Of a stretch of DNA of 64,000 bases, positions 54,289 through 63,884 are shown piece after piece. The stretch is from Myxococcales bacterium (GTDB lineage: Bacteria; Myxococcota_A; Polyangia; Polyangiales; JADJMO01): positions 4,944 to 68,943 of the forward strand of contig JAEUKC010000164.1 of the NCBI GenBank assembly GCA_016794445.1, given 5' to 3'. The position numbers were made by a program, and so were the translations under genes. How positions within the stretch are numbered: position 1 is the stretch's first letter; the number at the start of each line of letters is the position of its first letter. A model generated the notes under the pieces. It had not been told where the DNA came from. It worked only from the letters and a program-made list of their open reading frames with translations, and searched no databases.

Positions 54289-54681
54289 TCAGTCCAGGTG
54301 CTCGACGCCCGCGAGGCTCAGCCAGCCGTGGCTGCGGGTCTCGTAGATCGCGACGGTCGGCGCGGGGAAGCCGCGATCGGCGAACGCGCCGAGCGCGACG
54401 ACGACGAACCCCGGGAGGCGGCCCACCTCCCAGTGGGTGGTCGAGCCGCACTTGGGGCAGAAGCGGAAGTGGATGGTCCCGCCCGAATCGCCGACGCGAT
54501 CGAAGGTGTGCGGCTCGCCGCGCACAGCGACCGCGTCCGCCGGGAAGCGGGCCTGCGCGCCGAACGCGCTGCCCGTGCGGCGCTGGCAGTCGAGGCAGTG
54601 ACACACGGACACGCGGACCGGCTCGCCGTCACAGGTGAGCTGGATCGCGCCACAGGCGCAGGAGGCGACGCGGCTCGGCAT
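54289..54681 (-). CDS. GFA-family (glutathione-dependent formaldehyde-activating / CENP-V-like) zinc protein
   Basis: CACGAIQL, CHCLDCQRRTGS, FCPKCGSTTHW. Confidence 0.8.
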   Translation of the reverse strand: MPSRVASCACGAIQLTCDGEPVRVSVCHCLDCQRRTGSAFGAQARFPADAVAVRGEPHTFDRVGDSGGTIHFRFCPKCGSTTHWEVGRLPGFVVVALGAFADRGFPAPTVAIYETRSHGWLSLAGVEHLD

Positions 54682-54764
54682 CGCTGGGCTCTACCACCGC
54701 GCGCCGCGGGCCTCGCTACCTCGCAGAAGACCACACCACGGAGGCGATTGGCTAGACTCGACCC

Positions 54765-55130
54765 ATGTCGGAGCGGCTCGCCCCCTGCCCTTCTTGCTCG
54801 CGCCACGTGCGCGTGAGCGCCCCTCGTTGCCCGTTCTGCGCGCGGGAGTTCACGAGAACGCTGATGCCCGCGCCCGCACGCGCGGGCCGCAGGTATGTCG
54901 GCAAGACCGCGACCGCCCTCTACCTCACGGCGCTCACCACGGCAGGCTGCGGCGCCAAGTCGGGGCTCCTCGTCCCGGAGGTCGACGACGTCGCGACCGA
55001 CGACCGCGGCGACGTGCTGGAGTTCGACGGCTTCGTGCTCGACAGCGGCGTCGACGCTCGGCCCGACTTCGGGATCGACTCGGCTTCGGACGTGGCCGAC
55101 ACCGGCGGCTCGACCCCGATCTACAAGTGA
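54765..55130 (+). CDS. Hypothetical zinc-ribbon / membrane-anchored Asp-rich protein
   Basis: CPSCSRHV...CPFCARE, then a hydrophobic segment ending in AGC, then an acidic tail. Confidence 0.45.
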   Translation: MSERLAPCPSCSRHVRVSAPRCPFCAREFTRTLMPAPARAGRRYVGKTATALYLTALTTAGCGAKSGLLVPEVDDVATDDRGDVLEFDGFVLDSGVDARPDFGIDSASDVADTGGSTPIYK

Positions 55131-55378
55131 ACGGCGAACCAGGCCACCTGCTCCCACAGTGACCCAGATTGCCGGGTCGCGAGCGATGGCTACGACTAGA
55201 GACGATGGACCTGCTCGTCGCCTCGCTGGTCGGGATCGGGGGTGGCTTCGCCGCCGTCGTCACGCTGTCGGTGGGCTCGTTCTCCCTGCTGCAGCGGCTC
55301 GGTGACGTGCGCCTGGGCGGGTTCCGCCTCGTGACGACGCGGCTCGCGGTCGAGCGCCGCCATCCGTATCGCTAGCGG

Positions 55379-56608
55379 TCAAGGCACGGCCAGCAGCACC
55401 TCGCGGCGCAGCGGCGGTCGACCGCGCGCGTCCGGATCCACCGACCACCACACCCGCTCGGCCACGCGACGCACGACCCCGGGCGGCGCCGGTCGGCCCG
55501 CGACGAACGCAGCGAGGCGCGCGCGATCCAGCGGGCCCTGCAGCCCGATCAGCGTCCACGCGGCGCCCCACTCGGCCTGCGCGTGCGGCCTCCCGAACAG
55601 CACCACCTCGCGACCGTCGGCGAAGAACCCCCTCACCTGCAGGTCGGGCATCTCCGCGCCGGGGCGCCACTGGAACGTCGGGTAACAGGCGAACGGCCAC
55701 GCGCGCATCTGCCCACGGATCCCCTGCAGCGTGACCGCCGCGAGCACCAGGCCGGTCACCGCGAGCGTCGTCGTCGAGACGCCTTCTCGCGATCGCCGCG
55801 GCGGCCCGCCCGCGAGCAACCCGACGTAGCAGAGGAACAGCGTCGGGAACTCGATCTTCATCAGCCACGCCGTCCCGAGGTGGAACGCGAGCCCCATGCC
55901 GAGCGCGAACAGACGCGTGCGCGGGAAGAGCACCAGCGCCACGAACCCGAGCTCGAAGGCGAGCGTGCCGAGGCCGAGCGCGCGCAGCACGAGCGGGTGG
56001 TGGTCGACGCGCAACGCGGGCACCCACTCGAACTGCGCCCACTTCCACCACATCTGCAGGCGGAGGTTGTCGGAGAGGGCCCACCCGAGCCCTTGCTCGG
56101 TGAGCTTGTGCACGCCGGGGAACAGGTAGACGAGGCCGAACACGAGCCGCGCCGCGTCCAGCGGCAGCTCGTAGGCGCGATCGGGTCGCGCCGGGCCGCG
56201 GTCCCAGGCGAGCGCGTCGCCACACGGGCTCACCGCGAGGATCGCGAGCAGCCACACGAGGTGGTGGTGGTGGATCACGTTCCCCTGCCGCTGCGGCAGA
56301 CCGAGGACGTAGGTCGCCGTCACCGCGGCGGTGATCAGGGCCGCTCGGGTGTACACGCCGAAGAGCGCGGCGAAGCACGACGCGACGAGCAAGAGCTGCA
56401 TCCCGCGACCGAGCAGCGGCGTCACGGGGACCGGCAGCGACCAGAGCCCCTCGAGCGGCACGACCAGCGGCGGCGGCAGCGAGGCCCAGCGGACCGCCTC
56501 CTGCGTCGCGGGGTTCAGCAGCACGAGCGCGACGACCACGATGCGCAGCACGGCGAGCCCCGTCCGCGGGTCTCGGCGGACGTCGCGCCCGAGCGCCCGC
56601 AGGTTCAC
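55379..56608 (-). CDS. HTTM-domain (vitamin-K-dependent carboxylase-like) polytopic membrane protein
   Basis: The N-terminal DPRTGLAVLRIVVVALVLLN is typical of HTTM proteins. There are 8 or more hydrophobic helices. Its ATG overlaps the aroA stop by 4 nt. Confidence 0.5.
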   Translation of the reverse strand: MNLRALGRDVRRDPRTGLAVLRIVVVALVLLNPATQEAVRWASLPPPLVVPLEGLWSLPVPVTPLLGRGMQLLLVASCFAALFGVYTRAALITAAVTATYVLGLPQRQGNVIHHHHLVWLLAILAVSPCGDALAWDRGPARPDRAYELPLDAARLVFGLVYLFPGVHKLTEQGLGWALSDNLRLQMWWKWAQFEWVPALRVDHHPLVLRALGLGTLAFELGFVALVLFPRTRLFALGMGLAFHLGTAWLMKIEFPTLFLCYVGLLAGGPPRRSREGVSTTTLAVTGLVLAAVTLQGIRGQMRAWPFACYPTFQWRPGAEMPDLQVRGFFADGREVVLFGRPHAQAEWGAAWTLIGLQGPLDRARLAAFVAGRPAPPGVVRRVAERVWWSVDPDARGRPPLRREVLLAVP

Positions 56609-57993
56609 GGCGTCTCGAGGATCTCCGCGCCGAGATCGGTGAGCACCCGCGCGAAGCCGGGGAAGCTCGTGGCCACGTTGTCGACGCCGCGCACGCGACT
56701 CTCGCCGTCGGCGCGCAGCGCCAGCACCGCCGCCGACATGGCGATGCGGTGGTCGTCGTGCGCGTCGACCGTGGCCGCGCGCAGCTTGCCCTGGGGCTTG
56801 CCGACGATCTCGAGGCCGTCGGGCAGCTCGCGCGCCTCGACCCCGAACGCGCGCAGCACCTCGGCCATCACCGCGAGCCGGTCGCTCTCCTTGACCCGCA
56901 GCTCGGCGGCGTCGCGGATCACGGTGGTGCCCTTGGCGCAGGCCGCGGCGACGCAGAGGATCGGGATCTCGTCGACGGCGCGCGGCACGAGCTCGCCGCC
57001 GACGTTGGCCGCGACCATGCCCACCCCGTTCGCGTCGACCGCGCCCATGGCATCGAGCGTGGCGATGGGCTCGGCGCCCTCCTCGCCCTTGGGCACGATC
57101 TGCGCACCCGCGGACATGGCGCGGAGCACGTCGAGCGCGCCGGTGCGCGTGGGGTTCACGCCCACGTCGACGATGCGCACCACGCTGCCCTCGACGAGGT
57201 TGGCGGCGACCACGAGGAACGCCGCGGCGGACGGGTCGCCCGGCACGGTGAGGTCGAACGGCGCGATGCAGCCATCCCAGCCGGCTGGGTCGAGCTCGAC
57301 GAGCGAGCCGACGCGCCGCAGCGGCACCCCCGCGAGCTCGAGCATGCGCTCGGTGTGGTCGCGCGAGAGGGTCGGCTCCTTCACCACGGTGACGCCGTGC
57401 GCGTAGAGCCCGCTGAGCAAGAGGGCGGACTTGACCTGCGCGCTCGCCACCGCGAGCTCGATCTCGCTCGGCCCGAGGAACTCGCCCTCGATCAGCGGGG
57501 CGATACGGATCGGCGCCGTCTCGTCGTCCTTCTTCGGGTGGGGCGCGCCGCGGCAGTGGGCGCCGCGCGCGCGGAGCGGCTCGAGCACCCGGCGCATGGG
57601 CCGCTTCGACAGCGACGCGTCGCCGACGAGCGTGCTCCCGAAGGCCTGCGCCGCGAGCAACCCCGAAAGGAGGCGCATGGTCGTGCCGCTGTTGCCGCAG
57701 TCGAGCGGGCGGCCGTCGACGGGCATCTTGAGGCCGAAGAGGCCGAGGCCGTGCACGCGGATCCGACCGCCCTTGGGGAACACCGGCGCCTCGACGACCT
57801 CGTGGGCGACGCCCATCGCCTCGAAGCAGCGGAGCGTGCTGACGTTGTCCTCGCCGAACGAGAAGCGCCGGATCGTGCTCGTGCCCTCGGCGAGGGCGGC
57901 GAACATCACCGCGCGGTGGCCGATGCTCTTGTCCGATGGCACCCGGACGACACCGCGGAGCGGGTGCGCCGCGGGCCTGACGACGAAGTCCAT
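56605..57993 (-). CDS. aroA: 3-phosphoshikimate 1-carboxyvinyltransferase (EPSP synthase)
   Basis: VPSDKSIGHRAVMFAALAEG, DCGNSGTTMRLLSGLLA, VKESDRL, DDHRIAMS. Confidence 0.9.
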   Translation of the reverse strand: MDFVVRPAAHPLRGVVRVPSDKSIGHRAVMFAALAEGTSTIRRFSFGEDNVSTLRCFEAMGVAHEVVEAPVFPKGGRIRVHGLGLFGLKMPVDGRPLDCGNSGTTMRLLSGLLAAQAFGSTLVGDASLSKRPMRRVLEPLRARGAHCRGAPHPKKDDETAPIRIAPLIEGEFLGPSEIELAVASAQVKSALLLSGLYAHGVTVVKEPTLSRDHTERMLELAGVPLRRVGSLVELDPAGWDGCIAPFDLTVPGDPSAAAFLVVAANLVEGSVVRIVDVGVNPTRTGALDVLRAMSAGAQIVPKGEEGAEPIATLDAMGAVDANGVGMVAANVGGELVPRAVDEIPILCVAAACAKGTTVIRDAAELRVKESDRLAVMAEVLRAFGVEARELPDGLEIVGKPQGKLRAATVDAHDDHRIAMSAAVLALRADGESRVRGVDNVATSFPGFARVLTDLGAEILETP

Positions 57994-58724
57994 CAGGTCA
58001 CCGGCGGGGTCAGCCGGAGCATGTCTTCGGCGAGCGTGTCGCGGATGTAGCGGATGGTCTTCTCGCGAAGGGCGGACTTGGTCTTGGCGTAGGCGTCGCG
58101 GGGCAGCGAGGCCAGGCGGGTCGCGTGCGCGTGCGCGGCGGTGGCGAGCGCGGCGTCGTCGCCGACGAGCTCGTCGAGCCAGCCCGCGTCCACGCCCGCC
58201 TCGGGGTCGACGACGGTGGCGAACAGCGTGGAGCGGATGAGGTGGCGCGGCTCGAGGCGGTCGCGCGCGAGCTCCATCGCGAGGATGGGCACCGGCATGC
58301 CGATCTGCACCTCGTTGAGGCCGACGCGGAACGCGGAGCCGCGCACCGAGATGCGGTAGTCACCGGTGAGCACGACGAGCGCGCCGCCCGCGAGCGCGTG
58401 ACCGGTGGAAGCGATGACGAGCGGGAGCGGCAGCGCGTAGAGCCGCAGGAGCAGCTGCGCGCCGCGGGACACGAGGGCGCGGGCCTGATCGACGCCGGCC
58501 ATCATCTGGCGGAGGTCGAAGCCCGCGCAGAACTTCCCGGGTCGACCGGTGAGCACCACCGCGGCGGCCTCGCGCTCGGCGCGGTCGAGGGCCTCGTCGA
58601 GCGAATCCATCATCGCGTTGGAGAGGGCGTTGGCCTTGCCGTCGTCCATGCGGAGGATCGCGACATTGCCGGAAAGCTCGTACTGGACGGTGCTCATGGC
58701 GAGCGAGGCTAGCGGCCTCTCCAA
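57993..58724 (-). CDS. Enoyl-CoA hydratase/isomerase (crotonase) family protein
   Basis: GKANALSNAM, GRPGKFCAGFDL, STGHALAGGALVVL. Confidence 0.8.
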   Translation of the reverse strand: MERPLASLAMSTVQYELSGNVAILRMDDGKANALSNAMMDSLDEALDRAEREAAAVVLTGRPGKFCAGFDLRQMMAGVDQARALVSRGAQLLLRLYALPLPLVIASTGHALAGGALVVLTGDYRISVRGSAFRVGLNEVQIGMPVPILAMELARDRLEPRHLIRSTLFATVVDPEAGVDAGWLDELVGDDAALATAAHAHATRLASLPRDAYAKTKSALREKTIRYIRDTLAEDMLRLTPPVT

Positions 58725-58742
58725 GGGAATCCAACGCGCGGG

Positions 58743-59090
58743 TCAGTAGAGCAGGCAGGGCTTCGGCGCCGCGTCGGGGGCGCCGGGCAGCTTCGGCCCG
58801 AGACACGGGACCGGCGCTGCGTCGTGCGGCGGGGGCACGAGGCACGGGACCGGCGCTGCGTCCGTGAACGACGGGTCGGGGACCTCGGAGAGGCACGGGT
58901 GCGGCGCGGCCTCGGGGACGCTCGCGTCGCTCACAGCGGAGTCGACGAGGCCCGTGTCCCTGTTCTCGTGCTCGACCGCGGTGACCTGGAGGCAGGGCGT
59001 GGGCCGCTCGCAGCCGAGCGACGTGGCCGAGAGCGCCGCGGCCACGAAGCGCGCGCGCCGCTGCAGGATGCGTCGGCGCGCGTCGCTCAT
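58743..59090 (-). CDS. Small Pro-rich lipoprotein-like protein with five P-C-L motifs
   Basis: RRARFVAAALSATSLGC is a Tat/lipobox-like signal. The motifs are TPCLQV, HPCLSEV, VPCLVPP, VPCLGPK and the C-terminal KPCLLY. A perfect 20-nt direct repeat occurs at 58804-58823 and 58843-58862. Confidence 0.5.
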   Translation of the reverse strand: MSDARRRILQRRARFVAAALSATSLGCERPTPCLQVTAVEHENRDTGLVDSAVSDASVPEAAPHPCLSEVPDPSFTDAAPVPCLVPPPHDAAPVPCLGPKLPGAPDAAPKPCLLY

Positions 59091-59111
59091 CGCGTCGGAG
59101 CCCGTGGAGAA

Positions 59112-60164
59112 TCAGATGTTGGTGCCGCCGCCGCCCGCGGGGGGCGTGGACCCGGGCGGAGGAATGGCCGGGATGCCGCTGCCGGCCCAGCCGCTCAGCA
59201 CGCCGAGCAGCTGGCGCATCTGCTTCTCGTCGAGGACGAGCTGGAACTGCGCATCTTTGCCCGCGGCCTGCCCGGTGAGGTTGCGCACCAGCGGATCGAC
59301 GCCCATGAACTTGAGCATCCCCATGACGAGGAGGCTCTTCTTGAGGTTGTCGAGCCCGCTCGCCGCGGCCTGCGCCTTGGCCTCGTCGGGGTAGGTGAGC
59401 GCGCCCGAGGCGCCGAACGAGCCGTCGGGGTTGAAGCGGCCGCGGACGCGGACGTACTGCACGCCCTGGATCCACGGGATGTAGCTCGTGACCGTCTTGC
59501 CGAACGACTGCTTGTTGACGTCGGAGGCGACGAGCAGCGCGTAGCCGGGCTGCGAGACCCAGTCGGCCATCCACGGGGGGATTTCCCGCGTGACGGTGCC
59601 GGCCTGGATGCGGTCGAGCGCGCGCCGGATGGCGGCCTCGGTGCCGAACAGCGCCGTCTTCGGAGAGAGGATGCAGAAGCCGTTGTTGGCGACGGTGTAG
59701 AGCTTGCGGCCCGCGTACGTGGATGCGACGACCGTGCCGTACGGCGTGTTGAGGCCCTGCTGCGCGGCGGCCTCGATCTTGTCGGGCTTGAACGTGCCGC
59801 GGAGCACCGTGAACCAGTCCGAGCCGCTGAACGAGTACATGCCGACGTAGGCGTGGTCGAGATCGCGCTTCACCTGGAAGTCGATCTGGGAGGCGAACGG
59901 CAGCATCTTCTCGCTGAGGGCGACGAGGTCGCCGCCGACGGTGGAGTTGGCGACCTGGCCGACCGCGACGTACGCGGTCATCAGCGCGCCGGCCGGCATG
60001 AGGGCCGCGGCGTCTCCGTCCACGTCGACCGGACCCGCGGCGGTGGCGGGCGCGACCACGAACGTGGCCTGCTTCTTGGGGCAGCCCGTCGAGAGCACGC
60101 AGAGACCCAGCAACGCTGCCGTGAGGAGCCCCGACCAGGAAGAACGACGGATTCGTGCAGGCAT
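59112..60164 (-). CDS. Hypothetical lipoprotein
   Basis: LLGLCVLSTGC lipobox, a 350-aa globular protein and a Pro/Gly tail. No family recognised. Confidence 0.55.
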   Translation of the reverse strand: MPARIRRSSWSGLLTAALLGLCVLSTGCPKKQATFVVAPATAAGPVDVDGDAAALMPAGALMTAYVAVGQVANSTVGGDLVALSEKMLPFASQIDFQVKRDLDHAYVGMYSFSGSDWFTVLRGTFKPDKIEAAAQQGLNTPYGTVVASTYAGRKLYTVANNGFCILSPKTALFGTEAAIRRALDRIQAGTVTREIPPWMADWVSQPGYALLVASDVNKQSFGKTVTSYIPWIQGVQYVRVRGRFNPDGSFGASGALTYPDEAKAQAAASGLDNLKKSLLVMGMLKFMGVDPLVRNLTGQAAGKDAQFQLVLDEKQMRQLLGVLSGWAGSGIPAIPPPGSTPPAGGGGTNI

Positions 60165-60220
60165 TCGGTGCTCCAGGACGACTAGGACAACGGCAAGGCT
60201 GTGCGCAGGTTACACGCCTA

Positions 60221-61324
60221 CTAGGACTTGGACGGGTAGGACCCGAGGATCTTCAGCTCGCGCACCATGCGCTTGAGTTCCTCGAACGCCGTGACCAGGG
60301 GACGATCGGTGACGTGGCCCGCCACCTCGAGGAAGAAGCGGTAGGTCTGGCCGGCGCCCGCGCTGCCGAGGGCGCGCGGACGGGACTGGATCCGGCGGAG
60401 GTTCAGGTCCTTCTTGGCGAGCGGCTCGAGCACGCGGAACAGGGCGCCGGGGGCGTCGTCGATGGTGACCACGAGGGCCGTCATGTCCCGACCGCTCCGG
60501 GCCGAGGGGCGCGCCGCCATCACCGCGCAGCGCAGGTGCTCGCCGGTGGCGTCGGCAACGTTGCCACGCGCCACGGTGAGCCCGAACATCTCGGCGAGGG
60601 CCGCGTTGCCGAGGGCGGCCGCGCCGTGGTCCTCCCCGGCGAGCTCGGCGGCCATCACGGGCGTGCGGGTGTCGAGCACCTTCGCGCGGGGGAGGTTCTG
60701 CGCGAGGAACTGCGCGCAGGCCGCCCGTTCGGCCGGCGCGGCGTACACCTTCTCGATGCCCTGCAGGTTGCCCGTGACGTTGAGGAGGTGGATGCGCGCG
60801 TCGGTGTCGAGCTCCTCGACGATGGAGAGCTCGGCGTCGACGATCGCGTCGAGGGTGGGCTGGAGGAGCCCCTCCTTGGCCGACTCGATGACCACGACGG
60901 CCACGTCGGCGTGCTCGCGCTCGACGAGGCCGAGGGAGCCGCGGGTGCCCTCGCAGGGGAGGTACTCCGCCGAGGCGCCGAAGCGCTTGCGGGCCGCTTC
61001 GTGGGCGATCGAGCCCATCGGCCCCTCGTAGGCGACCCGCAGCGGCGCTTCGAGCGCGCGCGCAGCGGCCAGGATCTCCCTGAAAATGGGGCCGATCGCG
61101 CGCTTCGGGAACTCGCCGTTGGCGGCCTTCTGCTCGATCCGCGTGACGAGCTCGCGCTCCTCCTTGGGGGAGAACCGCACGGCCGACGGGTCTTTCTCGC
61201 GGAGGGCGCGCACCTTCTTGGAGAGCTGGGCGCGCTTCTCCAGGGCCTCGATGATCGAATCGTCGACGCCATCGATGGCACTGCGGAGTGCGTCGAGCTC
61301 ACGGCGAACGGGATCCTGGCTCAT
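60221..61324 (-). CDS. pheA: Bifunctional chorismate mutase / prephenate dehydratase (P-protein)
   Basis: Chorismate mutase helix ELDALRSAIDGVDDSIIEALEKRAQLS. Prephenate dehydratase segment RVAYEGPMGSIAHEAA. ACT-like TALVVTIDDAPGALFRVLEPLAKKDLNLRRIQSRP. Confidence 0.85.
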   Translation of the reverse strand: MSQDPVRRELDALRSAIDGVDDSIIEALEKRAQLSKKVRALREKDPSAVRFSPKEERELVTRIEQKAANGEFPKRAIGPIFREILAAARALEAPLRVAYEGPMGSIAHEAARKRFGASAEYLPCEGTRGSLGLVEREHADVAVVVIESAKEGLLQPTLDAIVDAELSIVEELDTDARIHLLNVTGNLQGIEKVYAAPAERAACAQFLAQNLPRAKVLDTRTPVMAAELAGEDHGAAALGNAALAEMFGLTVARGNVADATGEHLRCAVMAARPSARSGRDMTALVVTIDDAPGALFRVLEPLAKKDLNLRRIQSRPRALGSAGAGQTYRFFLEVAGHVTDRPLVTAFEELKRMVRELKILGSYPSKS

Positions 61325-61454
61325 GGAGGGAATGTAGCAGGCTCACGAGCAAGGTCCGGGCCTGTTCGACGCCGCGGAACGCTCGGGGATTTCGCGGGGC
61401 CGTATCCGGCGCTTCACGCTGGAAGGGGCACCCGCGCGACCTTGGAGCGATGCG

Positions 61455-63884
61455 TCACTCGTCGCGGCGACGCTTGCGCTTGGAGGGCTTGGCGAGCGGC
61501 AGGCCCTTGGGCGCCATGGGCGGCGCAGGCGTGCGGGCGCCGCTCGCCTCGACCTGGGCGAACACCACCCGGCCGACGCGGGTGGCCTGCGCCTCGGCGT
61601 TCTTCTGCCGCGCGCGGGCGACCTCCATCGCGCGGAGCTGCGAGCGGGTGGGCTCCTTACCGTCGCGGTGGCGCTCGTAGGTGCCATCGGAGCGGAGGGT
61701 CCACGCCTTCTGGTTGTCGGCGAGGCCCGCGACGAGCAGCTCGTCGTGGATGCGCTGGCGCATCTGCTCGTCGAGGATCGGGAACATGAGCTCGATGCGT
61801 CGGTGGAAGTTGCGCGGCATCCAGTCGGCGGACGAGACGTACATCTCGTTCTTGCCGTCGTTGCAGAACTCGAGGACCCGCGAGTGCTCGAGGAAGCGGT
61901 CGACGATCGCGCGCACGCGGATGTTCTCGCTGACGCCCTTGATGCCGGGCCGCAGACAGCAGATGCCGCGCACCACGAGGTCGATCTTCACGCCGGCCTG
62001 CGAGGCGCGGTAGAGCGCCTTGATGACGTCGATGTCCACGAGGGCGTTGAGCTTGGCGATGATGTGGGCGGGCTTGCCCTCGCGGGCGTGGCGCGCCTCG
62101 CGCTCGATGAGCCCGAGCACGGCCTCGTGCAGGCCGAGCGGCGCGACCACCACCGAGTTCCACTGCCGGGGCGCACTGTAGCCGGTGAGCAGGTTGAAGA
62201 CGCTGCCCACGTCTTCGCCGATCTCGGGGCGCGCAGTGAGCAAGGAGAGGTCGGTGTAGAGGCGCGCGGTCGACGGGTTGTAGTTGCCCGTGGAGAGGTG
62301 CACGTAGCGGACGAGCCGCGTGCCCTCGCGGCGGATGACGAGGCAGGCCTTGGCGTGGGTCTTGAGGCCGATGATGCCGTAGACCACGTGGACGCCGCTG
62401 CCCTCGAGCGCGCGGGCCCACTGGATGTTGGACTCCTCGTCGAAGCGCGCCTTGAGCTCGACGATCGCGGTGACCTGCTTGCCCTGCTCGGCGGCGCGGG
62501 CGAGCGCGCGGACGATCGGCGAGTCGCCGCTCGTGCGGTACAAGGTCTGCTTGATGGCGAGGACCTGCGGGTCCTCGGCGGCGCGCTGGATGAGCTCGAC
62601 GACCGAGTCGAACGAGTCGTACGGCTGGTGGAGCAGCACGTCGCGCTCGCGGAGCACGGTGAAGAACTCGTCGTTGTCGGGGAGATCCTTGAGGATCGGC
62701 GCGACCACGCCCTGGAACGACTCGTCGCGGAGCTCGCGCAGCTCGGTGTGGGGCACGAGCGCGAGCAGGTCGGCGATCTGCAGCGGCGAGGGGCAGGTGT
62801 AGACGTCCTGCAGCGGATCGAGCTTGAGCGCGCGCGCCAGGTAGCTCACGACGCGCGGGGCCGTGTCGCGGTGGACGGCGAGGCGCACGGCGTTGCCGCG
62901 GTCGCGGCGGCGGAGCTCCTGCTGGATGGTCTGCAGGAGGTCGTCGGCCTCCTCTTCGTCGTAGGCGAGGTCCCAGTTGCGGGTGACGCGGAACGGCTGG
63001 CAGCCCTCGATCCGCTGCATGGGGAAGATCGCCGTGACGTGCAGCGAGATGAGATCCTCGAGCATGAAATAGTGTCGGCAGCCGGGCGGCGCGGAGACCG
63101 GGATGAGGCGGCCGATGCCGGTCGGGACCTGCACGACGCCGAGGCCAGGGTTGGTCTCGTCGCGCACGTCGCGGAGGAACGCGACCGCGAGGTTGAGGCT
63201 CTTGTTGCGCAGGTGCGGGAACGGGTGGCCCGGGTCGATCGCGAGCGGCGTGAGGATCGGGAAGACGTCGTTGAAGAAGTAGGCCTCGAGCTCCTTGCGC
63301 TGGGTGTCGTCGAGCTCGGCCGCCGACAGGATGCGCACGCCGACCTTGGCGAGCTCGGGGAGGATGTCCTTGTGCAGCGCTTCGTACGACTGGTCGACGA
63401 TCTCGTGCACCTTGGTGGAGATGGCGGCGAGCTGCTCCGCCACGCTCATGCCGTCGGGCGGCAGCTCGTCGACCTCGCCGGAGACCTGCTGCTTGAGGCC
63501 GGCCACGCGCACCATGAAGAACTCGTCGAGGTTCGACGCGAGGATGCACACGAACTTGAGCCGCTCGAGGACAGGGACGGCCGGGTTGCGCCCTTCGTCG
63601 AGCACGCGCTCGTTGAACGCGAGCCACGAGAGCTCGCGGTTGCTGAAGAGGCGCGGGTCGTCGAGCGACGTGGCCGCGGCCTCCGCGTTGACCGGCTTGA
63701 TGGCCGCCGCGACGGTCGTGGTGGGGATGCCTGGAGGCGGCGCGGGCGCGGCCTTCGTGAGCGCGGGGCGGATGCTCTCCGGCGGCCCCTCCGCGCCCCG
63801 GCTGGCCGAGCCGTTCGAGGTGACCCGCTCCCCGGCAGCGGGCGGCGCGGGGGTGACGCCCTGCTCGGGACCTTCGGATTCCAC
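61455..63884 (-). CDS. ppk: Polyphosphate kinase 1
   Basis: FSNRELSWLAFNERVLDEG, VELKARFDEESNIQWARALEGSGVHVVYG, HLSTGNYNPSTARLYTD, SSADWMPRNFHRRIE. The N-terminal ~75-aa extension makes the start uncertain. Confidence 0.9.
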   Translation of the reverse strand: MESEGPEQGVTPAPPAAGERVTSNGSASRGAEGPPESIRPALTKAAPAPPPGIPTTTVAAAIKPVNAEAAATSLDDPRLFSNRELSWLAFNERVLDEGRNPAVPVLERLKFVCILASNLDEFFMVRVAGLKQQVSGEVDELPPDGMSVAEQLAAISTKVHEIVDQSYEALHKDILPELAKVGVRILSAAELDDTQRKELEAYFFNDVFPILTPLAIDPGHPFPHLRNKSLNLAVAFLRDVRDETNPGLGVVQVPTGIGRLIPVSAPPGCRHYFMLEDLISLHVTAIFPMQRIEGCQPFRVTRNWDLAYDEEEADDLLQTIQQELRRRDRGNAVRLAVHRDTAPRVVSYLARALKLDPLQDVYTCPSPLQIADLLALVPHTELRELRDESFQGVVAPILKDLPDNDEFFTVLRERDVLLHQPYDSFDSVVELIQRAAEDPQVLAIKQTLYRTSGDSPIVRALARAAEQGKQVTAIVELKARFDEESNIQWARALEGSGVHVVYGIIGLKTHAKACLVIRREGTRLVRYVHLSTGNYNPSTARLYTDLSLLTARPEIGEDVGSVFNLLTGYSAPRQWNSVVVAPLGLHEAVLGLIEREARHAREGKPAHIIAKLNALVDIDVIKALYRASQAGVKIDLVVRGICCLRPGIKGVSENIRVRAIVDRFLEHSRVLEFCNDGKNEMYVSSADWMPRNFHRRIELMFPILDEQMRQRIHDELLVAGLADNQKAWTLRSDGTYERHRDGKEPTRSQLRAMEVARARQKNAEAQATRVGRVVFAQVEASGARTPAPPMAPKGLPLAKPSKRKRRRDE

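Noticed and set aside
55169-55375. 68-aa ORF with one hydrophobic helix (MDLLVASLVGIGGGFAAVVTL).
   Set aside because: It could be a small membrane protein, but it is short, lacks a clear ribosome-binding site and has no recognisable family. That is not enough evidence to report it as a gene.
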